A stretch of 64,000 nucleotides of DNA from Candidatus Eiseniibacteriota bacterium (GCA_043810925.1 JBDRNT010000094.1:4805-68804); one strand, 5' to 3'; numbered from the stretch's first letter, positions 46,617-56,640 are shown. The notes: generated by a model from the sequence alone, not told the origin. Numbers and translations: made by a program.

Positions 46617-47360
46617 GTGAACAGAGTATACGAAGGCATGCTGAAGATGGCTGACGCCAGGGGGGCAGGATACGTGGTCCTTCTCGATCCGGACAAGTAC
46701 TCCGCTTCGGAGCTGGGCGGTCAGGCGGAGATGATAAGCACGTATGCGGATCTCATCTTTGTCGGCGGTAGTCTGTGCGTGAGGCACGATTTCGGGGAGG
46801 CCGTAAGAAGCATAAAGGCGGCATCGAGTGTGCCCGTCGTCATCTTTCCCGGCGATTCGACGCAGGTGTCCCCGCATGCCGATGCGTTGCTCTTTCTTTC
46901 CCTGGTGAGCTCACGAAACGCCGATCTCCTGATCGGCGAACATGTGAAGGCAGCTCCTGTCATCCGCCGTCACGATCTCGAAGTGATCCCGGTAGCCTAC
47001 ATGCTGGTCGAATCCGGACAGACGACATCGGTGCAGTATATGAGCCAGTCCCTTGCGATTCCGAGGGGAAAGCCCGAGATAGCCATGGCCCATGCCCTGG
47101 CCGGTGAGTATCTGGGAATGAAGCTCGTGTTTCTTGAAGCGGGAAGCGGTGCGGACCGGCATGTGCCCGTGGAGATGGTCCAGGCCGTGAGCGACTATGT
47201 CTCCATCCCGGTGATCGTAGGAGGCGGAATAAAGACTCCCGACGATGCCAATCGGGTTGCCCGGGCGGGGGCCTCATTTGTCGTTACGGGTGATGTCATA
47301 GAGAAAAGCGGCAACGCAGAGACACTCAAGGAATTCACTGCTGCGGTTCATTCAGCATGA
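46617..47360 (+). CDS. Geranylgeranylglyceryl phosphate synthase / PcrB-family prenyltransferase (TIM barrel).
   Basis: GTG start 1 nt after the GGR stop. IPVIVGGGIKTPDD and VVTGDVIE C-terminal motifs of the GGGPS/PcrB family. Confidence 0.8.
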   Translation: MNRVYEGMLKMADARGAGYVVLLDPDKYSASELGGQAEMISTYADLIFVGGSLCVRHDFGEAVRSIKAASSVPVVIFPGDSTQVSPHADALLFLSLVSSRNADLLIGEHVKAAPVIRRHDLEVIPVAYMLVESGQTTSVQYMSQSLAIPRGKPEIAMAHALAGEYLGMKLVFLEAGSGADRHVPVEMVQAVSDYVSIPVIVGGGIKTPDDANRVARAGASFVVTGDVIEKSGNAETLKEFTAAVHSA

Positions 47361-47373
47361 ACGTGGAAAGGAG

Positions 47374-48447
47374 TTGGTCAATACGAAAGCCCTAATCCTG
47401 AGCGGCGGCAAAGGTACCAGATTGCGTCCCATAACACACACGAGTGCCAAGCAGCTCGTGCCGGTTGCCAACAAGCCCATCCTCTTCTACGGGATCGAGG
47501 CCATACGTGAGGCAGGCATAACCGATATCGGTATTATCGTCGGGGACACCGCCGGCGAGATCAAGGCCGCTGTCGGTGACGGCAGCAAGTTCGGGGTGAC
47601 GACCAGCTACATCCAGCAGGAAGCGCCGCTGGGGCTTGCCCATGCGGTGAAGATAGCGCACGACTTCGTGGGGAAGGACCGTTTCATAGTCTATCTCGGA
47701 GATAATCTTATAATCGACGGTATCAAGGACTTCGTCCACAGATTCGAGGCCAATTCGCCCGACTGCCAGATACTGCTGGCACATGTACCGAACCCACAGA
47801 ACTTCGGTGTGGCCGAGCTGTCAGGCGACAGGGTCGTGAAACTCGTTGAGAAACCAAAGCAACCCAAGACCGATCTCGCCCTGGTCGGAGTCTATATGTT
47901 CGATGAAAGCGTGTTTGAGGCTACCGACAATATCAAGCCGTCATGGCGGGACGAGCTCGAGATAACCGATGCCATACAGTATCTGATAGAGAAGGGTTCA
48001 GACGTGCAGTTTCAGATAATAAGCGGCTGGTGGAAAGACACCGGGAAGCTCGAGGACATGCTTGAGGCGAACCGGATGCTGCTTGAGCGGCTGAAGACCA
48101 GGATCGACGGGGAGGTCGATGACGGGTGCAAGATGGATGGCGTCGTGATCGTGGAGAAGGGGGCCAGGATAACCAACTGCACGCTCCGGGGGCCGCTGAT
48201 AATAGGCGAGGGAGCGACGATAACCGATTCGTACATAGGTCCCTTTACGTCGATCAACTACGGTGTAGAGATCCGCGGCAGTGAGATCGAGCACAGCATC
48301 GTGCTTGAGAACAGCCGGATCTTTGACGTCGGCGGAAGGATCGAAAGCAGTCTGGTCGGCAAGAACGTTCTGATCGAGAAGCGTGCCAAACCGCCCAGGG
48401 CCTACAGGTTCATGGTGGGCGACTACGGCCAGATCGAGCTTCAATAG
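47374..48447 (+). CDS. rmlA: Glucose-1-phosphate thymidylyltransferase, long form with a C-terminal left-handed beta-helix.
   Basis: LILSGGKGTRLRPIT nucleotidyltransferase motif plus C-terminal hexapeptide repeats. Confidence 0.85.
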   Translation: MVNTKALILSGGKGTRLRPITHTSAKQLVPVANKPILFYGIEAIREAGITDIGIIVGDTAGEIKAAVGDGSKFGVTTSYIQQEAPLGLAHAVKIAHDFVGKDRFIVYLGDNLIIDGIKDFVHRFEANSPDCQILLAHVPNPQNFGVAELSGDRVVKLVEKPKQPKTDLALVGVYMFDESVFEATDNIKPSWRDELEITDAIQYLIEKGSDVQFQIISGWWKDTGKLEDMLEANRMLLERLKTRIDGEVDDGCKMDGVVIVEKGARITNCTLRGPLIIGEGATITDSYIGPFTSINYGVEIRGSEIEHSIVLENSRIFDVGGRIESSLVGKNVLIEKRAKPPRAYRFMVGDYGQIELQ

Positions 48448-48452
48448 GAGGG

Positions 48453-49322
48453 GTGACCTTGAGGGTACTCGTAACGGGCGCAAGGGGCATGCTTGGGTCC
48501 GACATGTGCGAGGTGCTCGGAACCGACTATGAGGTCACACCGTACGATATTGAGGACTTCGACATCGTCGACCTGGAGCCCACGCTGGCAGCCGTTCGCA
48601 AGGTGTCACCACAGGTGATAATCCACCTCGCGGCTCTCACCGATGTGGATGCGTGCGAAGACGATCTTGAAAAGGCGCTGAACGTCAATTCCGTGGGCGC
48701 AATGAATGTCGCGATGGCGGCCTCCGAGGCCGAAGCCTATCTTGTCTACATCAGCACCGATTACGTATTCGACGGTACCAAGGGGGAGCCCTACGTCGAG
48801 ACCGATGTGCCGAATCCCATCAATCACTATGGTCTTTCGAAGCTCCGGGGTGAACGCCACGTGCAGGACCTTGTTGCCAGACACCTTATCGTGAGGACTT
48901 CATGGCTCTTCGGTCCCAACGGCAGGAACTTCATCGACACCATCGTCGCGCGGGCATCCGGCGGCGGCGCGCTTGAAGTCGTCAATGATCAGAGCGGCTC
49001 GCCCACCTATACACTGGATCTGGCCCGCGGCATACGTCAGGCTTTCGAGCGCGAGGTCGAGGGACTGCTCCACATGACAAACACAGGTGTGGCTACGTGG
49101 TTTGACTTGGCGTCCTATGCGGTCGGGCTCGCGGGTATCAAGACGGAAATAAACGCCGTTTCGAGTGCGGAGTATCCGACCAGGACGAAGCGACCGCCTT
49201 ACTCGGTTCTTAAGAGTGCTGTCGGCGAAGCGGCGGGCATTGACCTGCTGCCCTGCTGGCAGGAGGGCGTCAGGGATCATCTTCGCAGAAAGAAACTGCT
49301 CAAAGAGGGGGCGGCCAGGTGA
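48453..49322 (+). CDS. rmlD: dTDP-4-dehydrorhamnose reductase.
   Basis: GTG start. VLVTGARGMLG Rossmann motif. YxxxK SDR catalytic motif. Confidence 0.85.
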   Translation: MTLRVLVTGARGMLGSDMCEVLGTDYEVTPYDIEDFDIVDLEPTLAAVRKVSPQVIIHLAALTDVDACEDDLEKALNVNSVGAMNVAMAASEAEAYLVYISTDYVFDGTKGEPYVETDVPNPINHYGLSKLRGERHVQDLVARHLIVRTSWLFGPNGRNFIDTIVARASGGGALEVVNDQSGSPTYTLDLARGIRQAFEREVEGLLHMTNTGVATWFDLASYAVGLAGIKTEINAVSSAEYPTRTKRPPYSVLKSAVGEAAGIDLLPCWQEGVRDHLRRKKLLKEGAAR

Positions 49323-49909
49323 CAGACCGGGAATGGATCAGTGATTCACTTCGAGCGGCAAGCGAGGTCTTTGCCGAGACCGCCGCGTCGTGTCGGGATG
49401 AGATTGCGGCGGCCAGCCGGGCCGCGGCAGAGTGTATCAAGGCCGGCGGGAAGCTCATGCTGTGCGGCAACGGCGGGAGCGCGGCAGATGCCCAGCACAT
49501 CGCGGCTGAGATGACGGTCAAGATGAAACGGGTGAGATCTCCTTTGCCGGCGTTTGCCCTGACCACCAACACATCGCTTCTTACGGCGCAGGCAAATGAT
49601 CTCGGCTTCGATACGGTCTTCTCACGGCAAATCGAATCTCTTGGCCGTGAAGGCGATGTGCTTATCGCGATCAGCACGAGCGGGAACTCGCCTAACATCT
49701 TGCGGGGTGCCGAGACGGCCCGGGATATGGGAATCAAGGTTGTGGGTCTGACCGGGCGTGACGGGGGCAAGCTGGCCCCCATGTCCGATATCGCGATCTC
49801 CGTGCCTTCAGACGATGTCCCGAGGATACAGGAGGCCCATATCGCAATTGGTCATCTTATCTGTGAATTTGCAGAGAACACTTTCTTCCCGGACAGCCCC
49901 GGTGTTTGA
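49319..49909 (+). CDS. gmhA: Phosphoheptose isomerase (SIS domain).
   Basis: KLMLCGNGGSAADAQH and ISTSGNS SIS motifs. Confidence 0.85.
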   Translation: MTDREWISDSLRAASEVFAETAASCRDEIAAASRAAAECIKAGGKLMLCGNGGSAADAQHIAAEMTVKMKRVRSPLPAFALTTNTSLLTAQANDLGFDTVFSRQIESLGREGDVLIAISTSGNSPNILRGAETARDMGIKVVGLTGRDGGKLAPMSDIAISVPSDDVPRIQEAHIAIGHLICEFAENTFFPDSPGV

Positions 49910-51252
49910 TCCCGTCTTCGGAAGATGAAATCCTTACGCATGATGTCCGACCGCATACTGCACCGACGGTTTGCGCAGACAGTGGGGGGTGTGTGAGAAG
50001 ACTCCGGGAATTGCTGTTAAGTCGCGGATCGCGTGACTATGTGCTGACCACCGGTACCAGATTCGGGGTACTTGGTCTTACTCTTCTTTCCAACATAGTG
50101 ATCACCAGGACTGTGGGTGCTGAAGGCAGGGGACTCTATGCACTGGTCAACAACACGATTCTGCTGGGTGCTCTTGTGGCCGGCCTGGGGTCCGATGAGG
50201 CAGTTGCCTATTTCGTGGCGCGTGATAAGGACCTGCGATCCAGGACTGTCGGCAACGCGCTTCTGATCGGGCTGTCGGGCGCACTTGTACTCACCTTGCT
50301 TGGTGTGGTATTCCGCGGTGCTCTTCCCGGCGTGCTCCGCGGCCTTCCATCGACCGCAATAATGATCGCCGCACTTGCGCTGATGCCCACTGTGGCGGCG
50401 CGGATATTCAGGACGAACCTGCAAGGGGTCCGGGATTTCAAGTCTTACAACATCTCGCTTGCAGCCAGGCCTGCCCTGATCCTGATTTACTGCTCGGGCG
50501 GGCTCCTGATGCTTCAGCTCGGCCAGCGCGGGATCCCCATTATTCTCCTGCTCGTAGCGGTCTCCGAACTGGCTGTTTCCGGTAGCCTGGCACGCAGGCA
50601 CGTCCGCCCTCGGCTCAGGACTTCTGTTGAGCGGATGAAGAGTCTGATGTCTTACGGTCTGCGGGCGCAGGCAAACGTGATTTTGCAGTTCGTCTCCATC
50701 CGGGCCGGTATCTTCCTGCTGGGCTACTTCAGGAGTCCGGAAGACGTCGGAGTCTATAGCGTGGCTGCCGCGCTGGCCGAGATCCAGCTCTATCTGCCGT
50801 CGGCAGTCGGCTGGGTGTGGATGCCCAAGGTGGCGAGTCAGCCGTTCAAGCATTCGGTAGACGGCACCAGACAGCTGATCATCAAGGTGCTTCCGATGCT
50901 CTTCCTGACGGCGGTACTGCTGGCCTTGGCCGGATCGTGGCTCCTGCCTGCGGCCTTCGGTACGAAATTCGCTGATTCTTATGTCCCGATGCTGATCTTG
51001 CTGCCGGGGTGCACACTGTTGGGTTTGGCGACCATCATGTTCAGGTTCTTCGCGGGGATCGGAAAACCTCACCTGACAACGTTTGTCAGCCTCGGTGGTC
51101 TTGCCGCGATTGCTGTGACTCAGGTGTTGCTGATTCCCGCCTGGGGAGCTAACGGTGCTGCGGCCGGATCCTGCCTGGGCTATGTATGTGTATTCGCAGC
51201 TGCTGCCGTGGTGTTCATGAAGACCTCGAGGAACGTTCGTACTCGTGATTGA
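49906..51252 (+). CDS. Polysaccharide/oligosaccharide flippase (Wzx/MOP superfamily). The start is uncertain and may be an internal GTG near 49996.
   Basis: About 12-14 TM helices in a MOP-flippase-like arrangement. Confidence 0.65.
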   Translation: MIPSSEDEILTHDVRPHTAPTVCADSGGCVRRLRELLLSRGSRDYVLTTGTRFGVLGLTLLSNIVITRTVGAEGRGLYALVNNTILLGALVAGLGSDEAVAYFVARDKDLRSRTVGNALLIGLSGALVLTLLGVVFRGALPGVLRGLPSTAIMIAALALMPTVAARIFRTNLQGVRDFKSYNISLAARPALILIYCSGGLLMLQLGQRGIPIILLLVAVSELAVSGSLARRHVRPRLRTSVERMKSLMSYGLRAQANVILQFVSIRAGIFLLGYFRSPEDVGVYSVAAALAEIQLYLPSAVGWVWMPKVASQPFKHSVDGTRQLIIKVLPMLFLTAVLLALAGSWLLPAAFGTKFADSYVPMLILLPGCTLLGLATIMFRFFAGIGKPHLTTFVSLGGLAAIAVTQVLLIPAWGANGAAAGSCLGYVCVFAAAAVVFMKTSRNVRTRD

Positions 51253-52316
51253 TATCGCTCAAGCGAAAACCGCGAGAGGGCGGTCCGGCGGGCTTGTCCA
51301 CCGATTCTGCGCCTGAGGTCGGGGTCTGCAAGGGATTTCAGGACCTCGACAGAGCGCTGGATGTCCCCAGGCGGCACTATGAAGCCGTCCGAGGCGTCTG
51401 TGATGATCTCTCGCATCGGTTCCACGTCCGAGACCACGGTCGGCAGTCCCGATGCCATGGATTCAAGCACTGCGCGTCCAAAACCCTCTGCACGCACGAA
51501 GGGCAGGAGACATATGTCAAGGGGGCCATAGAGCATCGACCGGTCCGCTGTCGGCTTCCTGAGTATGACGCTGGTCCTGCTGTGCGACCGTGCTATCGTT
51601 TCCTTTACTTCTTCAAGATAGGCGGCATCCCCCGGCTGCCCTGTTATAACAAAGACAAACCGGTCGTCGTCCAGGCACCCTGCGGTCTCAATGAATCCTT
51701 CCAGACCCTTATGAGGCGCAATTCGCGATACCATGCCGACCAGTACACGGCCGGCCGGCAGGGACCGGCACCGCCTTGATTCCGATTTCTCATCTGCACC
51801 CGGGGCCTGCATCACGTTCGTGTCAATACCCGGAGGAATCGTCACCAGGGGACACCGAAGATAACCGGTGAATGCACGTTTCTGCGCATCTGAAAGGACT
51901 GCAGCCTGTCTGATGTACCTGGAAAGAAACGGCAGCAATCGTCCTATCCTGGTTATCGTCGGTGTGTAGTCCAGCAGGTACCAGCCGACCCTTGCTCTTG
52001 TCAGCATCGCGATCAAACCGCCGGCCAGGTGTCCCCTCAGATTCATCGTTATGACGCAATCCGGTGATTCACGGATGACTGTTGCTGTAAGTGCAAGAGT
52101 TTCATATATCGTAAGCAGGAGTCTCCCGATAGGTCTGTACGGCTTCGCAGGAAGTCTCAATTTGATCAGGCGGATGTCATCGCCGACGCTTGCGAGCGGG
52201 CTCGACGGGGCATATACGACGACCTCGGCGTCCCGCCCGGCAGCGGCGGCGAATTCAGCCAGAGACCTTTTCGTGCCGCCGAGTACCGCGGAGTCCTCGA
52301 AAATCAGAATCTTCAT
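51180..52316 (-). CDS. Glycosyltransferase family 4 (GT-B).
   Basis: The E..ESMASGLPTVVSD GT4 C-terminal motif. Likely start MKILIFEDSAV. Confidence 0.8.
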   Translation of the reverse strand: MKILIFEDSAVLGGTKRSLAEFAAAAGRDAEVVVYAPSSPLASVGDDIRLIKLRLPAKPYRPIGRLLLTIYETLALTATVIRESPDCVITMNLRGHLAGGLIAMLTRARVGWYLLDYTPTITRIGRLLPFLSRYIRQAAVLSDAQKRAFTGYLRCPLVTIPPGIDTNVMQAPGADEKSESRRCRSLPAGRVLVGMVSRIAPHKGLEGFIETAGCLDDDRFVFVITGQPGDAAYLEEVKETIARSHSRTSVILRKPTADRSMLYGPLDICLLPFVRAEGFGRAVLESMASGLPTVVSDVEPMREIITDASDGFIVPPGDIQRSVEVLKSLADPDLRRRIGGQARRTALSRFSLERYQSRVRTFLEVFMNTTAAAANTHT

Positions 52317-53530
52317 TTCTCTGGTCGACCTCGAATCAAGTGGCTGAGAACTTCGCCCCATGCCGACGACACCGCCTCGGAAGAGAACCGGCCGCAAACG
52401 TGTTGCATCGACCGGTCTGCCATCAGCTCCAGCTGAGCAGGGTGAGAGAGCGCGGACGCAGTCTTTTCAACGAACTCTTTCCTGGTCTCGGCAAGGAGGA
52501 AATGAGTGTCAGGCCTCGCACCAGTCGCTTCCACGCCTTTCCAGGTGGATACCAGGGGGAGCCCGAGGGCCATGACGTCCAGCGCTTTTATGCGGATGCC
52601 ACCTCCGTAAAATACCGGGTTCACGAAAAGCCGGCACGATGAGAGGACCTGTTTGTAATCGTCGACAACTCCGGTGAACGTGACATTCTGATTCGCGAAC
52701 TCCGTCACGGGGAAGTCGGCCTTCATGCCGACTATGACAAGCGAGACGTCCGGGTGTTCGTCTCTCACAAGGGGATAGACCTCGCGGAGAAACCACAACA
52801 GTCCCTGTCGATTCGGGTACCAGTCCAGACGTCCGATGAAGCACAGATCAAACTTCGCGGCCGGCGGTCTCGCGGTGAGTGCGCAGTCAATCGAGCATGG
52901 TATGGTCATCACTCTGGACTGCGGTGCCTCCCGGCTGACGGTCTGCCTTTCAACATCGGAAATACAAACGCACATGTCGAATGCAGGAAAAGTCTTAAGT
53001 TCAAGGCTTTTCAGCTTACGTGCCTGCCACCGGATCAGTGCCCGCTTTACCGGGTTGCGCACGTACTCCGCATGGCCTTCAACTACTCGCCACTCAAGGT
53101 TGTGTTGCCTGAGAACGACCGGACAGCCGGGGAAGCGGTTTCGCAAGGCCGGGAGCCAGCTGCTCAAATGGAAGCTGTCGAGCACGATAATCCCGTATTC
53201 CCTATCCATCACGTCCTGCGAGAGCCTCCCGGCCAGGGCAGACGAATCGTGCTTTGCGATGTTGACCGGGAAGGCCGAGAGAAGCCCCTTTGCAATCTGG
53301 CTGATCCCCATGGTCGGTTCGAAATGGAGATGCTCTACTCCTGCGATGTCACCAGCGGAAGTCGGTACGACTGAACGGGGGACTTCGGGTCCTACTACGA
53401 CGATCTTAATATCACAGCCCTGGGAAACCAGGGCGGTAAGGGAGCTCATGGTCAGTCTGCGGAACCCGTCCAGAGCCGGATAAGGACACTTTCTGGTTAT
53501 CCAGAGAACCGAACTTGTGCGGTCATCCAT
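52313..53530 (-). CDS. Glycosyltransferase family 4 (GT-B).
   Basis: 405 aa. LWITRKCPYP N-terminus and a GT4-like C-terminal half. 4-nt overlap with the downstream GT4. Confidence 0.7.
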   Translation of the reverse strand: MDDRTSSVLWITRKCPYPALDGFRRLTMSSLTALVSQGCDIKIVVVGPEVPRSVVPTSAGDIAGVEHLHFEPTMGISQIAKGLLSAFPVNIAKHDSSALAGRLSQDVMDREYGIIVLDSFHLSSWLPALRNRFPGCPVVLRQHNLEWRVVEGHAEYVRNPVKRALIRWQARKLKSLELKTFPAFDMCVCISDVERQTVSREAPQSRVMTIPCSIDCALTARPPAAKFDLCFIGRLDWYPNRQGLLWFLREVYPLVRDEHPDVSLVIVGMKADFPVTEFANQNVTFTGVVDDYKQVLSSCRLFVNPVFYGGGIRIKALDVMALGLPLVSTWKGVEATGARPDTHFLLAETRKEFVEKTASALSHPAQLELMADRSMQHVCGRFSSEAVSSAWGEVLSHLIRGRPEK

Positions 53531-53608
53531 AGCGGACCCTCTGAGTATTCCGGGGCCCCCCCCACCCGGGTTGCAGCCGATGTCGGTGACTATCGGGCAG
53601 GCGTGCCG

Positions 53609-54733
53609 CTACCATTTTGAATAGTCTTTCCCCAGAGCATAATCCGCCAGTGAGAGCAGGGATGCGACGTTCACGGTGATGAAGAAGCCACAGGCGCCGG
53701 CAAGTCTCGATCTTGACAGTTGCCGCGTGCCGCTCAGCGCCGAGATGATCGCCGCTCCCAAGAGAAGTATCACCGAAACGAACCCTGCCACAGGCAAGTA
53801 GCTTCGGGGGATGGCCAGCACCGTCAGTACGATTGCAAGGACCAGGAGTGGCCCTATGAAGTACCTCAGGAGCTTGTCTGAAACCAGGTAGAAGAGAAGA
53901 CGGGGTTTTCTCGCGATTCTGGCAAGGTAACCTTCTCGGAACAACGTACCCAGTGCGCGGGAGAATATCCGACGTCTTCTGGCGATATTGCTCCGTAAAT
54001 CGGGGTACTTCGATGCCTTGTAGGCCTTAGCCTCCGACTCGAAGGTGACGGCCCCCCCGCGCAGCAGCATCTCAAGCGGCATGATCAGATCGGACAGCAC
54101 GGGCGGGCCCAGCTCGACGAAATCCTCCGCCGCGACGGCATAGCAGCCTCCCTGTACACCGATCATCACACCACGTCGTGCCTCCCGTGTCTTGAGATCC
54201 GCCTCCAGCCTTATGTAGAGGGAGTCACCCGTATCACGGTTCTGGTAGCGGACATCGGCTCCCACACATGCGTAGCCTTCACTCAGACGGTCTCCCAGGG
54301 CATCGACGGTGCTGGTGGGGATGAGCGTATCGGCGTCGCTGAAGATCAGAGCTTCTCCCGCTGCTTCCCTGGCCCCGAGGTTCTGAGCGGTTGTCTTGCC
54401 GCTGTGCGGGATACTCAGGACCTTCACCGTCGGCGCGGTTGCGGCAAGTCGCTGTGCGATCTCTTCAGTCCCGTCGGTGCATCCGTCACAGACAACAATG
54501 ATCTCCTGCGGCCTCGTCGGCTTCATCTCAAGACAGTTGGAGATCTTCTGCCCGATGAACTGCTTCTCATTGTGGACACAGATGATATGACTGATTTGTT
54601 TCATGTCCCGGCGGCCGAGTGGCAAAGCCTTTGATGTGCGACGGTCAAGAAGTCGCAGGACCAGTGGGTAGACCGCATATGGATAGATATAGAGAATCCA
54701 TGCGGCAGCAGCCAATGCGGTTACACTCTCCAT
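53609..54733 (-). CDS. Glycosyltransferase family 2 with C-terminal TM helices.
   Basis: IIVVCDGCTDGT ... FSDADT (DxD) GT2 motifs. Confidence 0.8.
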   Translation of the reverse strand: MESVTALAAAAWILYIYPYAVYPLVLRLLDRRTSKALPLGRRDMKQISHIICVHNEKQFIGQKISNCLEMKPTRPQEIIVVCDGCTDGTEEIAQRLAATAPTVKVLSIPHSGKTTAQNLGAREAAGEALIFSDADTLIPTSTVDALGDRLSEGYACVGADVRYQNRDTGDSLYIRLEADLKTREARRGVMIGVQGGCYAVAAEDFVELGPPVLSDLIMPLEMLLRGGAVTFESEAKAYKASKYPDLRSNIARRRRIFSRALGTLFREGYLARIARKPRLLFYLVSDKLLRYFIGPLLVLAIVLTVLAIPRSYLPVAGFVSVILLLGAAIISALSGTRQLSRSRLAGACGFFITVNVASLLSLADYALGKDYSKW

Positions 54734-54940
54734 TTCTGTCGAATGGAAGCATTATCATTCACGCAATTCAAGCCAAAAGCGTTCCCGATCGCGAAGCGCC
54801 GTTACCCTCACCAACCTATTGCTTTTGAAAGGGGACCACCACATCGTCTCAAAAATCCGCCGGTTTCCGCCGGCCGTCAGGCGGATCCGTCGGGTCACTG
54901 TATCGTACGCAGACGCGATCTGAACAATGGCGATCCCGGA

Positions 54941-55675
54941 CTACGAGACTGCCACTGAATCTCCACCCAGGTCCGATACCCTGTAACCTTTTTCCGACAG
55001 GAAGTCATTGATTTCCTGCTCTCGACTGCCCAGACTATGAGACTCGAAAACCAGGGCTCCTGGATGAATTGTCTCAAAATCAATGGCTCGTATGATCTCA
55101 TCGTCGTGTCCTTCTGCGTCGATTAGAATCAAATCGATTCTCTTGTTCTTCCAGTATTGCCTTACCAGCGAATTCACAGACATGCATTGAACGTGAAACC
55201 CTTTTATCTTGTCTTCCGTGTTACCTAACTCCTTTAAACAGGCTTCGAGGTGCTCCCTGTGAAGTGAGGATTTCCGCAAGTAGTGCAGTTGATCATCCAG
55301 TGATAGCGAGTTACAGAACTCATCTGAGCAAGACCAGATATGAATACTCTCATCACTCTTCGAAGATATGGCCGCATTGACGAATACAAGGTCTCTCCTC
55401 TTCAGATAAGCGTAATTGCTCTTCAACATGTTGAAAATCCGCGGCAATGGTTCAACCAGAATCCCGCTCCAACCATCTTCGACGACAAACCTGCGGATGG
55501 GGTCCTGCCTGAGCCCGTCATTTGCACCGATCTGGATGAAATTGACTTGTTTGTTGTTCACTTCTGAGAAACCGGCCAACCATTGTTCCAGGCCGGGTCT
55601 CAGGGGACGAAGAGAACTCAATAGATCGAACAACCGAGGTTTGGTTTTCACATAGCTCTTCAACATCTTAATCAT
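54941..55675 (-). CDS. FkbM-family methyltransferase.
   Basis: NFIQIGANDGLRQDP is the FkbM signature. Confidence 0.75.
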   Translation of the reverse strand: MIKMLKSYVKTKPRLFDLLSSLRPLRPGLEQWLAGFSEVNNKQVNFIQIGANDGLRQDPIRRFVVEDGWSGILVEPLPRIFNMLKSNYAYLKRRDLVFVNAAISSKSDESIHIWSCSDEFCNSLSLDDQLHYLRKSSLHREHLEACLKELGNTEDKIKGFHVQCMSVNSLVRQYWKNKRIDLILIDAEGHDDEIIRAIDFETIHPGALVFESHSLGSREQEINDFLSEKGYRVSDLGGDSVAVS

Positions 55676-56480
55676 CAGTTGAATCCATCAGCACAACATT
55701 CATTCGCTGCGTCTGCTTGCTTTCGAATACCAGACTGCAACATGTAACCCCGGCCTCGGCCTTGGCCAGTTCCGAAAGTCGGAGAGGCGCCACTTTGATG
55801 CCGGCGCGCTCGAGCCGCGCACGTGTACGTGTGAACCGCGCCGGGTAGACCACGGTTTCACCGACCAACAGTGCGCCCGCTGCCTGCGGTTCTTCCGGGT
55901 CGATATCGACCAGATCGACCTCGCGGAAGACCTCGCCTCGAACCCAATTCCGGTTGATAAGCAGAGTGCGCGGCGCGATCCGGCCTACTGCCGATTTGAG
56001 ATGGAGACATGCCTCCACGGGTACGGGAGTCACGTTGTAGCCCAGTGGCTCGACAAGAGCATCCATCTGTTTGACGCCGGCCATGTTCGTGCGTCGCGAC
56101 AGACCCACATACATGTCATTGCCTATGACTATGACATCACCCCCGTCCAGGGTGCCCGGTCCCACAATCCGGGCCAGACCGCGATACTGTGCCAGAGCGT
56201 CGGCCACGGCCGATGTCTCGGGGCGGCGGGATTTCGCTCCGGGACGGGTCACAATCGCGAGCTCGTCAAGCACCACTGCGCAGTCTTCGACAAAGACCGA
56301 ATCGGGCAGATCCGGCTCCGCCGCGAGACTGTGTACCTCACAGCCGAGATCGGCCAGGCATTCTTCGTATTCCTGGTGCTCTTTAGCTGCGGTCTCGACG
56401 TCGATAGGTTCCCGCTCAAGATGCGTGCGTTCGCCCTGTCCGATGTTCGGACCGACCTGTCTGGTGACTGCAATCTTCAT
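55668..56480 (-). CDS. Dimethylarginine dimethylaminohydrolase / amidinotransferase-superfamily protein.
   Basis: 270 aa. DDAH-like motifs VFVEDCAVV and HLKSAVG. Confidence 0.65.
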   Translation of the reverse strand: MKIAVTRQVGPNIGQGERTHLEREPIDVETAAKEHQEYEECLADLGCEVHSLAAEPDLPDSVFVEDCAVVLDELAIVTRPGAKSRRPETSAVADALAQYRGLARIVGPGTLDGGDVIVIGNDMYVGLSRRTNMAGVKQMDALVEPLGYNVTPVPVEACLHLKSAVGRIAPRTLLINRNWVRGEVFREVDLVDIDPEEPQAAGALLVGETVVYPARFTRTRARLERAGIKVAPLRLSELAKAEAGVTCCSLVFESKQTQRMNVVLMDSTDD

Positions 56481-56640
56481 CGAATGCCTTCTTCCTGCCC
56501 GGGTGTCCCGAGCCCTCCGGTCCCGGCCAGCCAGGTGAAATCGATGTCACGCTGGCGCCATGTGCTGCGGAACATCCAGATCGCATCAATTCCCCCTGAT
56601 GGTGAATCCCACCGGGCTGACATGGTTGCGCACCGGCCGC

